NCBI GenBank assembly: GCA_965116815.1 | Contig: OZ220722.1 | Location: forward strand, 149,962 to 213,961 | Length of the DNA stretch: 64,000 nt | Source: Candidatus Poribacteria bacterium | Lineage (GTDB): Bacteria; Poribacteria; WGA-4E; WGA-3G | Direction: 5' to 3' | Part shown: positions 47,538 to 55,841 of the stretch, piece by piece | How the letters are laid out: each line of letters starts with the position of its first letter | Numbering within the stretch: position 1 is the stretch's first letter | The notes under the pieces: model-generated | What the model was told of the DNA's origin: nothing | The model's input: only the letters and a program-made list of their open reading frames with translations | Database searches by the model: none | Program-made: the position numbers and the translations under genes

Positions 47538-48533
47538 CTACTTTAACATAAAGCGGACAGTCCCCGAAAACGTTTCATCAGGTGCCAGCACAATCACGCC
47601 TGCGGAAATCCCACGCGCTTCCAAGTTGATAGCATCTGTCGGGCAGGTATAAGGTTCAAAACAGATGGCATCCCTGTCCGGTGGTGTATAGACAACAAGC
47701 TCCCGAAATTGCGCGTCCGATTCCATCACCATACCGTATCCCGTATCCCTATTCTCAATAAGGCACCGACTTACATCGTCAACCAATTGAATGTCCGTGA
47801 AGACGTGGTCAAGCTTCAGTTTCGCGAAAGGTTGTCCATTCCGCAGGTCAAGTGTGCCAGCGACATCATGCTGAACACCCGTTGGCACGAGGACATCGTC
47901 CAATTCCCAATACTTAGCGGCAGGGACGGTAATCATCGCCTCAGCCGCATTCGCTTCGGTGCCGAGGTCTACACTGAAATAAGGGTGGATACCGAAGCCC
48001 GTCGGCATATTCCGATCACCTGTATTCTTGATAGCAATCCCCATCGTCAAAACGGCATCCTTGAGTGTATAGGTAATCTCAATTTTAAAAGGGAACGGAT
48101 ACTGGCGGCTGACATCGGGAAAATCTCGCGAATTGAGCGAGCACATCAAAGTTGCCCCGTTTTCATCGGCAACATGGCTTTCAACTTGATACGGTTGATT
48201 CAACAACAACCCGTGGATCGTTGTTGGGGATTCGGGTGCCTTGTCAAACTGATAAGTCTCATCCTCAAATTGCCACGTGCCGTTCCGGATTCGATTCGGA
48301 AAAGGGAACAGAATCGGATTGCCGTAAGCGGTTGGACGTTCCTCCAGCGTGGCGAGATCCGGCGGCGGATCTATCAAGTTCAACCAAGTGTCCCCATCTG
48401 CCACCCTGAACGCGTAACAGTTATTGCCGAGTGCAGGCACAATCTCGGCGACGGCTTTTCCATCTTGCTGTATATAGTAGACCTGAAAACTACTTACTGT
48501 TTCCACGGCTACTGAGTACGTTGTATGTGCCAT
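47538..48533 (-). CDS. Aldose 1-epimerase (galactose mutarotase-like) family protein
   Basis: GNPILFPFPNRIRNG, IHGLL and GFGIHPYF motifs. Start set at MAHTTYSV (GGAGAG upstream). Alternative upstream starts at 48641 or 48656 would add a hydrophobic leader. Confidence 0.65.
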   Translation of the reverse strand: MAHTTYSVAVETVSSFQVYYIQQDGKAVAEIVPALGNNCYAFRVADGDTWLNLIDPPPDLATLEERPTAYGNPILFPFPNRIRNGTWQFEDETYQFDKAPESPTTIHGLLLNQPYQVESHVADENGATLMCSLNSRDFPDVSRQYPFPFKIEITYTLKDAVLTMGIAIKNTGDRNMPTGFGIHPYFSVDLGTEANAAEAMITVPAAKYWELDDVLVPTGVQHDVAGTLDLRNGQPFAKLKLDHVFTDIQLVDDVSRCLIENRDTGYGMVMESDAQFRELVVYTPPDRDAICFEPYTCPTDAINLEARGISAGVIVLAPDETFSGTVRFMLK

Positions 48534-48705
48534 CGTTCTCTCTCCATCTGCCTTTGTGACTATCGTTAAAAGTAAGAAAAGAATTTTAATTATACCTTGC
48601 AGAGAAACGCCGTGAATTTGAAACTTTGACGTACCTTCCATACATCCCCCCTCCATTTTTCGGCGTACTCGCCCATAAGCGATCTGCTTCATTACCCGCT
48701 ATGGG

Positions 48706-48765
48706 TTTGGTTGGAAGGATGGGACCCCTTCCATGCTTCCGCTCTTCCATTCCTCTCCCTCTCTA
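48706..48765. repeat. Family C GGAAGG/CTTCC-rich hairpin element
   Basis: TTTGGTTGGAAGGATGGGACCCCTTCCATGCTTCCGCTCTTCCATTCCTCTCC. Related copies at about 38785-38850 and 61488-61561. Confidence 0.55.
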
Positions 48766-49380
48766 TTACGCTTTGGCGCACCAATGGATACCGCGCCGCA
48801 ACACCTCTCGGAAGTTCGGATTTGAAAAGGTGACATCATCGTGCCCACTCTGAAGGCAAAAGACACGGGAGTTGCCATATTCACGCGCCCATCCCAGTAC
48901 ATCCATGCTGTTCGGATGATCAACTGTCAGCAAGATGGAGCTATCATCGCCAGCGGATCCCATAGTATAGGTCTCGTCTCCCATCTCCCATTCGGCAAGC
49001 CCTTCCGTGATTGGATGGTTTGCATCAGCAACCTGCACTTGTAGTGTTTGACGAGGATAATATCCGAACTCGCCGCGCTCATCAATTCCGCACATTCCAG
49101 AATAGGCATCCCATTCTGGAAACGCCAAGATAGCATGATGCAGAATCACCATACCCTGCCCACGCGCTGTTAAACCGAGAATAGCCTCTGCTTGTGCATC
49201 TGTAGGATACGGACGGTGAAAATTGTAAAAGACAACGGTGTCGTAGTCCTGCAGGTCAGGGTCGTCCACAAAATCGTCCAGATCTCCTCGGACGAATTGA
49301 ACACCTTCCATACTCTCAAATACTGCGTCAAACTGTTTTTCCTGAAACCCGTGCTCACCAGTTACAACCGCAATTTTCAT
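48766..49380 (-). CDS. ThuA-like (trehalose utilisation) domain protein
   Basis: AAGGAG upstream of MKIAVVTGEHGF. ILHHAILAFPEWD. FCLQSGHDDVTFSNPNFREVLRRGIHW. Confidence 0.65.
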   Translation of the reverse strand: MKIAVVTGEHGFQEKQFDAVFESMEGVQFVRGDLDDFVDDPDLQDYDTVVFYNFHRPYPTDAQAEAILGLTARGQGMVILHHAILAFPEWDAYSGMCGIDERGEFGYYPRQTLQVQVADANHPITEGLAEWEMGDETYTMGSAGDDSSILLTVDHPNSMDVLGWAREYGNSRVFCLQSGHDDVTFSNPNFREVLRRGIHWCAKA

Positions 49381-49473
49381 AGTTCTTTCTCCTTTCAAAG
49401 TTTTATATTAACCACCATACACGGACAGGATTAGAAACCCAATCAGCGACAGGCATTTAAAAGAAAGAAATCT

Positions 49474-50805
49474 TTAATATCGCGCCCATTGCCATAATTG
49501 TCCCAAGGTCGGACGTTTGCCGTACATCAGAATCCCAACCCGGTAGATTTTCCCGCTGACAAGTGTGACGAGCAGGACAGTCGTGCACATCACTAAGATA
49601 TTCAGTAGAATCTCCCACAAAGGCGGCATCAGTACGTTGATACGCATGAACATAAGTATCGGTGAGAAAAATGGAACGTGTGAGAGCAATACACTAAGTG
49701 TGGAATCAGGGATTCTAAACAATTGGAACATCAGTACGAAGGGAACAACAATGAGCATCGTGAGGGGTACGCCTGTCTGCTGCGCCTCCTCTTCGCTGCT
49801 GCAAATCGCACCAACAACAGCATAAAGCGTTGAATACATGAAGAAACCGATAATGAAATATATGAAGAAATAGGTAAGTATCTCGGCACTACTCGCTTTG
49901 ACAGTCGCAATCACGAGGATAAGTGGTGTCGGCAAACCATCAATGCCAAAGATCCCAAGTATAGGCTCTATGTTCATTACCAGCAGCACTCCAAATACCA
50001 CCCAAACAGCGAACATCGTCAAACAGACAGAGCAGACACCGACGAGTTTGCCGAGCAGGAGCTGGTGCGGTTTTATCGAAGAAACAATCACCTCAACAAT
50101 TCGGGTTGTTTTCTCCTCAAGCACACTCCGCATGATGGAGTTAGCATAGATGAGAACGAACATGTAAAGCACAAAAACGAGGATGTATCCGAGTCCGAGC
50201 CGCGCCCCCGTCTCTATAGCACTTTCAACTTTAGCACCCCCGTCTTTCGCCTTGCCACTTTTAACAGCATAAGCGTTGAATCCAACGGCGCGCATAAGTC
50301 GACTGACTTCGCGCCGAGAATAACCGCTCTCGGCAAACCGTTTGTCACGGACGATATCTGAAATGATGCGGCGGAGCGCGTTTTGTACATTGGAATTTGT
50401 CACCGTTCTGGCATAGAAACGGACATCCCCGTTTGCAAAAACATCCTTCGGAATTTCAAGATAGGCGTAGAGCTTTTTTGTCCTGACGCGTTCTTGGAGG
50501 GCAATTTTTTCTTCTTCCGTGGCGGCGGTTTCCCTCTGTACCTGGTAGACGAGTTCACCCTTATGTTGAAAGGTCCGATGTTTAGCGATAGCTTCCTGCA
50601 TCTGATCAAAGATTTCCCCCGTCTCATCAATAACCGCGAGTTTTCTCATCTCTTCGGTTTTACCCTCCATGATTGCGAGAAAACTGGACAACGCCACTAA
50701 CCCACACATCAACACCGGCATGAGAAACAAGGAAACAATAAATCCTTTAGATTTAACGCGCGTCGTGTATTCACGTTTGATAACGGCGACAATTTTATTC
50801 GGCAT
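49474..50805 (-). CDS. ABC-2 type exporter permease (NatB-like)
   Basis: Start at MPNKIVAVIKREYTTRVKSKGF. One N-terminal TM helix, a large loop, then five C-terminal TM helices. Overlaps the ATPase stop by 11 nt. Confidence 0.7.
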   Translation of the reverse strand: MPNKIVAVIKREYTTRVKSKGFIVSLFLMPVLMCGLVALSSFLAIMEGKTEEMRKLAVIDETGEIFDQMQEAIAKHRTFQHKGELVYQVQRETAATEEEKIALQERVRTKKLYAYLEIPKDVFANGDVRFYARTVTNSNVQNALRRIISDIVRDKRFAESGYSRREVSRLMRAVGFNAYAVKSGKAKDGGAKVESAIETGARLGLGYILVFVLYMFVLIYANSIMRSVLEEKTTRIVEVIVSSIKPHQLLLGKLVGVCSVCLTMFAVWVVFGVLLVMNIEPILGIFGIDGLPTPLILVIATVKASSAEILTYFFIYFIIGFFMYSTLYAVVGAICSSEEEAQQTGVPLTMLIVVPFVLMFQLFRIPDSTLSVLLSHVPFFSPILMFMRINVLMPPLWEILLNILVMCTTVLLVTLVSGKIYRVGILMYGKRPTLGQLWQWARY

Positions 50806-51718
50806 TCTGCACCGTCCCCCCGTGTGCCTCAACGCTCTGGACAAAAATCTCGTGCAACGTCGGTTCCATTAGTTCAAACCGTGTCACATCAACACCCTTC
50901 TCGACCAGTTCGCCAAGTAATGGACGATAGTCCTCCGGTGTCTTCAACTTGATCTCAGCATACTGCCCGAAATCGTTGATCCCTTGAATGTAAGCGGAAT
51001 CGCGAATTGATTCGAGGCTACCGAGGTATTCAATCTCAACAGAATTTTTGCCGAATCCACGCTTCACAGCGCGGAGTTCACCTTCAAGCAACACTTTGCC
51101 TTGGTGAATGAGGCAGATGCGATCACAGAGTTTCTCTACTTGTTCCATTACATGGGTTGAGAAAATAATTGTACTGCCGTCCTCACGCAGTTCAAGCATC
51201 AAATCTTTAAGGAGCGTCATGTTAATCGGGTCCAGTCCAGAAAAGGGTTCATCAAGGATAATCAACTCCGGTTTGTGAATGACCGTCGTAATGAACTGAA
51301 TTTTCTGTGCCATCCCCTTAGAAAGTTCATTAATCCGCTTGTTTTCCCATTCCGACAGCTGCATTTTCTCTAACCACCGTTCAATCTCAACGAGTGCTTG
51401 CTGCTTGTATAAGCCTTTCAATTCGGCAATAAAAAGGATGACATCCCGCACCTTCATTTTGCGGTACAAGCCACGTTCCTCCGGCAGATATCCAATCTGG
51501 TCCAAAAAATCTCGGACCTGCCGATTTCCACTGAACGTAATACTCCCCGCATCCGGCGCAATGATGTCCATTATCATGCGGAGTGTCGTCGTCTTTCCAG
51601 CACCGTTGGGACCCAAGAGTCCGTATACGCTCCCCTTTTCAATACCGAAGGAGATATCCGACACCGCCGTGAAGTCACCGAACCTTTTATGAACATTTTC
51701 GAGCTGAAGGAGATTCAT
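50795..51718 (-). CDS. ABC transporter ATP-binding protein
   Basis: Walker A GPNGAGKTT. Signature LSKGMAQK. Walker B LIILDEPFSGLD. Confidence 0.85.
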   Translation of the reverse strand: MNLLQLENVHKRFGDFTAVSDISFGIEKGSVYGLLGPNGAGKTTTLRMIMDIIAPDAGSITFSGNRQVRDFLDQIGYLPEERGLYRKMKVRDVILFIAELKGLYKQQALVEIERWLEKMQLSEWENKRINELSKGMAQKIQFITTVIHKPELIILDEPFSGLDPINMTLLKDLMLELREDGSTIIFSTHVMEQVEKLCDRICLIHQGKVLLEGELRAVKRGFGKNSVEIEYLGSLESIRDSAYIQGINDFGQYAEIKLKTPEDYRPLLGELVEKGVDVTRFELMEPTLHEIFVQSVEAHGGTVQNAE

Positions 51719-51733
51719 CGTTTTGTATCCGCT

Positions 51734-52912
51734 CTAATCAATAAGTGATTGATAGGTGAGGACCCGGAATTGGGCATGAAATGACGAATCGCCAATCAAT
51801 TGCGTCATCAAGATGCCGATTAAATCTTCGACGGGATCAATCCAAAACGTCGTGCTTGCGAGTCCACCCCAACTGTAAGTCCCTAAGGAACCGAGCGTGT
51901 GCGTGTCAGCAACATCGGTAACGACAGCGAACCCAAGACCGAAACCGCACCCTGTCCTTTCAAGCGGTTGCCAATCGTCAGAGATATGGTTCATCCTGAT
52001 GAGTTCGACCGTTTTTCTGCCGAGGAGTCGGACACCATCAAGCTCTCCGTCATTCAGCAACATTTGGCAGAAACGGAGGTAATCGGCGGCAGTCGATTGT
52101 AAGCCTGCACCACCGGAGTGGAAAAAACTCAACGGTCCGCTTGAAACAGGCGCGTTCTCCATTACCTGAATGCCACCGCTTTCCGTGGGTTCATACAACG
52201 TCGCATATCGGTCAGCCTTGTCGTCCGGCACCGAGAAAGCAGTATCAACCATACCTAAAGGCTCACAAATTTGGGTTCTCAAGAATTCCGCAAACGGCAT
52301 TCCCGATACGACCTCCACAAGGTAGCCGAGCACATCGGTAGACATACCGTAATTCCACCCATCACCGGGGTGATGAAGGAGCGGGATATTTCCGAGCTCC
52401 TGCGCCATGTTCGCGAGGTCTCCACCGTAGAAATTCGCTTCTCTATACCGCTCATTAATCGGGTGCTCCCAGTCTCCTCCGTAGATAAGTCCAGCAGTGT
52501 GCGTGAGCAGATGCTTTACCGTCATCTCGCGTTCCGCATCAACGATAGCACCGCCATCCGCAGTATAAACCTGCATGTCCTTGAACGCAGGAATAATTTC
52601 GGCTATCGGTGCGCCGAGTTGAAAATGTCCTTCCTCATAGAGCATCATCACAGCAACGCTGGTAATCGGTTTCGTCATTGAGTAGATGCGGAAGATGGTA
52701 TCAAACGCTACCGGTTTCGCAGTAGCGATGTCCTGCGTCCCGAACTTCTCAAAATGGACGAGTCTACCCTCACGCGCGATCATCGTCAATGCACAGGGTA
52801 TTTTACCATAGTCAATCCAGCGTTGCATGACCGGAGCAATGCGTTCTAAACGCGAGGTTGACATCCCCACATCTTCAGGCACAGCCCGCGGTAATCCTTC
52901 ATATATTGCCAT
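51734..52912 (-). CDS. Serine hydrolase, beta-lactamase/transpeptidase-like family, no signal peptide (paralogue A1)
   Basis: SMTKPITS (SxxK nucleophile motif), HLLTHTAGL, YSWGGLASTTFWIDP. Very similar to 54381-55565. Confidence 0.75.
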   Translation of the reverse strand: MAIYEGLPRAVPEDVGMSTSRLERIAPVMQRWIDYGKIPCALTMIAREGRLVHFEKFGTQDIATAKPVAFDTIFRIYSMTKPITSVAVMMLYEEGHFQLGAPIAEIIPAFKDMQVYTADGGAIVDAEREMTVKHLLTHTAGLIYGGDWEHPINERYREANFYGGDLANMAQELGNIPLLHHPGDGWNYGMSTDVLGYLVEVVSGMPFAEFLRTQICEPLGMVDTAFSVPDDKADRYATLYEPTESGGIQVMENAPVSSGPLSFFHSGGAGLQSTAADYLRFCQMLLNDGELDGVRLLGRKTVELIRMNHISDDWQPLERTGCGFGLGFAVVTDVADTHTLGSLGTYSWGGLASTTFWIDPVEDLIGILMTQLIGDSSFHAQFRVLTYQSLID

Positions 52913-52928
52913 TAAAATCTCCTATAGA

Positions 52929-53135
52929 TTAGTTATCAGTTATCATATCATTTCTGATTGAAATTGTAGCATAAACTTTCAGTTTGGGTTTCCTTTGTAG
53001 CATAGACTGTTAGTCTGTGCCCTAAGGTGTGGTTAATGCGATATGAACTTTTAGACATGGTATCAGATGCAAGAAGTGTTTGATTCATCAAAAATCTCTT
53101 GTAACTGATAACCGATAACCGACAACTGATAACTA
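52929..53135. repeat. Family A element split by a 115-bp insertion
   Basis: Arms ATTAGTTATCAGTTATCA ... GATGCAAGAAGTGTTTGATTCATCAAAAATCTCTTGTAACTGATAACCGATAACCGACAACTGATAACTA. Insertion at 52946-53060 relative to the paralogous copy at 55751-55841. Confidence 0.65.
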
Positions 53136-54347
53136 TTACTCGGTTAGTGTCTGATAGACCAGCACCTTAAATTGTTGTTGGAAAGGGTAAGGGTTATTGA
53201 GAAGTTGTGTCAAGAGCAAGCCGACCAATTCCTCTTCAGGGTCAATCCAGAAAGTGGTAGCAGCGGCACCACCCCAACTGAAATTCCCGACCGATTCCAG
53301 AATATTCGGGGAATCCTTACCTGTCACAACAGCAAAACCGAGTCCAAACCAATCATCGTGATGCGGATAGCGCATCAATTCAACTGTCTTTTTGCCCAAT
53401 ATACGGACACCATCAAGTTCACCACCGTTGAGCAACATTTGAGAAAACCGCATGTAATCCGCAGCAGTCGAGACAAGTCCGCCACCGCCCGATGGGAAAA
53501 AACTGACCGCATCGTTTGCGAGGGGTGCATCTTCAACACGTCGTTTCTGTCCCTCTTCTCTGTTATGCCGGTACAGTGCTGCGTACCTCTCAACTTTCTC
53601 CGGTGGCACTGAAAACCCAGTGTCTACCATACCGAGGGGACCAAAGAGACGGGTTTGGAGGAATGCTTCAAACGGCATTCCGGACACCACTTCCACAAGG
53701 TAGCCGAGCACATCAACAGAAACACCATAGGTCCACCTTTCACCCGGTTCGTGAACGAGCGGAATGTTACCGAGTTTTCCCACCATATCCACCAAGGTTG
53801 AGTCGGGTTCAAAGATTTTCGCCTCCTTATAGCGTTCATCAACAGGTTTATTGCCCCAACCGTAGGTCAACCCGGCAGTATGCATAAGGAGGTGCTTAAT
53901 CGTTACCTCCTTCTTCGCATCCAAGATTTCACTCTGGTCCTCGTTGTAGACCTTCATGTCCTTAAATTCAGGGATAAATTTAGAAACGGGTGTGCCGAGT
54001 TGAAAATGTCCTTCCTCATAGAGTATCATCACAGCAACGCTGGTAATCGGTTTCGACATCGAGTAAATGCGGAATATCGTGTCTGGCTCAACAGGTTTGC
54101 TATTCTCAACATCTCGCATGCCGATGGTTTCAAAATGGACAATTTTCCCGCGTCGTGCCACAACCGTTAGGAATCCCGGCAGGTGCCCCTTATCAACGTA
54201 ATCTTGCATGACAGGACGGATGCGTTCAAGGCGCTCAGCAGAAACACCTACCTCCTCTGGCACCGCCATCGGTAGTCCCTGTCCCAAAGCGACGGTGGTA
54301 ACACCGAAAAGCAGTAAATATATGTAATAAGCCAATAATTTCCTCAA
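53136..54347 (-). CDS. Secreted serine hydrolase, beta-lactamase-like family (paralogue B1)
   Basis: Signal peptide MRKLLAYYIYLLLFGVTTVALGQG. SMSKPITS. HLLMHTAGL. FSWGGAAATTFWIDP. Confidence 0.75.
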   Translation of the reverse strand: MRKLLAYYIYLLLFGVTTVALGQGLPMAVPEEVGVSAERLERIRPVMQDYVDKGHLPGFLTVVARRGKIVHFETIGMRDVENSKPVEPDTIFRIYSMSKPITSVAVMILYEEGHFQLGTPVSKFIPEFKDMKVYNEDQSEILDAKKEVTIKHLLMHTAGLTYGWGNKPVDERYKEAKIFEPDSTLVDMVGKLGNIPLVHEPGERWTYGVSVDVLGYLVEVVSGMPFEAFLQTRLFGPLGMVDTGFSVPPEKVERYAALYRHNREEGQKRRVEDAPLANDAVSFFPSGGGGLVSTAADYMRFSQMLLNGGELDGVRILGKKTVELMRYPHHDDWFGLGFAVVTGKDSPNILESVGNFSWGGAAATTFWIDPEEELVGLLLTQLLNNPYPFQQQFKVLVYQTLTE

Positions 54348-54380
54348 TTCGTTCTCCTCCTTTTTAAGCCGATTAATTCC

Positions 54381-55565
54381 TCAATCAACAATTGACTGAT
54401 AAGTTAGTACACGGAATTGGGCGTGGAATGGTGAATCCGCACCGACCAATTGGGTCATAAAAATACCGATCAACGCTTCCACAGGATCAATCCAAAATGT
54501 GGTACTTGCCATACCTCCCCAACCGCAAGTGCCTACGGAACCGAGCGTGTCTGTATCAGCGACATCTGTAACAACGGCGAACCCAAGTCCAAAACCGGAC
54601 CCAGTTCTCTGGTTAGGTTGCCAGTCGTTAGAAATATGGTCCATCGTGATGAGTTCGGCTGTTTTTCTGCCGAGCAACCGTACGCCATCGAGTTCACCAT
54701 CGTTGAGCACCATTTGGCAGAAGCGGAGATAATCCGCGGCGGTCGATTGTAGCCCTCCACCACCAGAGTGGAAAAAACTCAGCGGTCCAGTTGCAGCATG
54801 GACCTTTTCAATCGCTTGAAGCGCACCATCTTCCCCGAATTCATATACCTTTGAATACCGGTTAGCATCTTCAACCCGCACCGAAAAACCGGTATCCTTC
54901 ATGCCTAAAGGCTCAAAAATACGCGTTTTCAAAAACGTCTCAAACGGCATACCAGATACGACACCTACAAGGTAACCGAGTACATCGGTAGACATACCGT
55001 ACTTCCACGCGGTGCCGGGTTGGTGAATGAGCGGAATACTTCCGAGTTTTTGTATCATGTTCACGAGATCTCCGCCGTAGAGATCTGCGTCCTCATATCG
55101 CTGATCAATCGGATGATCCTCCCTATCGCTTTCATAGATAAGTCCAGCGGTATGCGTGAGTAAATGTTTTATGGTTATCTCGCGTTCCGCATCAACAATT
55201 GCACTGCCGTCTTCCGTGTAAACTTTCATGTCTTTGAAGTAAGGAACAAATTCGGAGACAGGCGTACTGAGTTGAAAATGCCCTTCTTCGTAGAGCATCA
55301 TCACAGCGACACTTGTAATCGGCTTCGTCATCGAGTAGAGGCGGAAAATAGTGTCGAATTCCACGGGTTTAGCGGCGGCGATATCCTGCATGCCAAACTT
55401 TTCAAAGTGGACCAGCCTACCGCCACGCGCGATCATCGTCAATGCACAAGGAATTTTTCCGTTGTCAACATACCCTTGCATAACCGGCGTAATACGCTCC
55501 AACCGCGAGGTTGACATGCCCATCTCTTCAGGCATTGCCCGCGGTAATCCTTCATATACTGCCAT
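54381..55565 (-). CDS. Serine hydrolase, beta-lactamase-like family, no signal peptide (paralogue A2)
   Basis: SMTKPITS. Collinear with A1 over the full length. Confidence 0.75.
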   Translation of the reverse strand: MAVYEGLPRAMPEEMGMSTSRLERITPVMQGYVDNGKIPCALTMIARGGRLVHFEKFGMQDIAAAKPVEFDTIFRLYSMTKPITSVAVMMLYEEGHFQLSTPVSEFVPYFKDMKVYTEDGSAIVDAEREITIKHLLTHTAGLIYESDREDHPIDQRYEDADLYGGDLVNMIQKLGSIPLIHQPGTAWKYGMSTDVLGYLVGVVSGMPFETFLKTRIFEPLGMKDTGFSVRVEDANRYSKVYEFGEDGALQAIEKVHAATGPLSFFHSGGGGLQSTAADYLRFCQMVLNDGELDGVRLLGRKTAELITMDHISNDWQPNQRTGSGFGLGFAVVTDVADTDTLGSVGTCGWGGMASTTFWIDPVEALIGIFMTQLVGADSPFHAQFRVLTYQSIVD

Positions 55566-55584
55566 TAATGTCTCCTATAGATTA

Positions 55585-55750
55585 ACCCAAGTTGCTACTT
55601 ACAAGTTTTGAAGGTTCAAGGAGATTTTTCACGCATTTTCCTCACCCCAGAGGGGTGATATTGCTTCGCAGTGAGAATAGAAAATGCGGTCTACAACTTC
55701 TTGCACTCCAGCGGAGTGCTATGTGCACAAATAGGTGACAACTTAGGTGA
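55585..55750. mobile_element. Family D MITE-like element, copy 1 (166 bp)
   Basis: Terminal IR ACCCAAGTTGCTAC / GTGACAACTTAGGT. Internal hairpins CACCCCAGAGGGGTG and GCACTCCAGCGGAGTGC. Flanked by direct TAGATTA (55578-55584 and 55751-55757). The paralogous site at 52924-52930 has a single TAGATTA. Confidence 0.75.
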
Positions 55751-55841
55751 TAGATTAGTTGTCAGTTATCAGCTGTAAGAAGTATTTGATTCATCAAAAA
55801 CCTCTTGTAACTGATAACTGATAACCGACAACTGACAACTA
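55751..55841. repeat. Family A palindromic element
   Basis: TAGATTAGTTGTCAGTTATCAGCTGTAAGAAG...CCTCTTGTAACTGATAACTGATAACCGACAACTGACAACTA. Confidence 0.7.

Noticed and set aside
47709-48515. 268-aa plus-strand ORF. Similar long antisense ORFs at 11140-11703, 6761-7210, 38383-38877, 40363-40800, 41365-41931, 42619-43089, 45262-45759, 21383-21856 and 60163-60597.
   Set aside because: Each is fully embedded antisense or out of frame within a longer CDS with clear family motifs. They have no motifs of their own, so I treat them as shadow ORFs.
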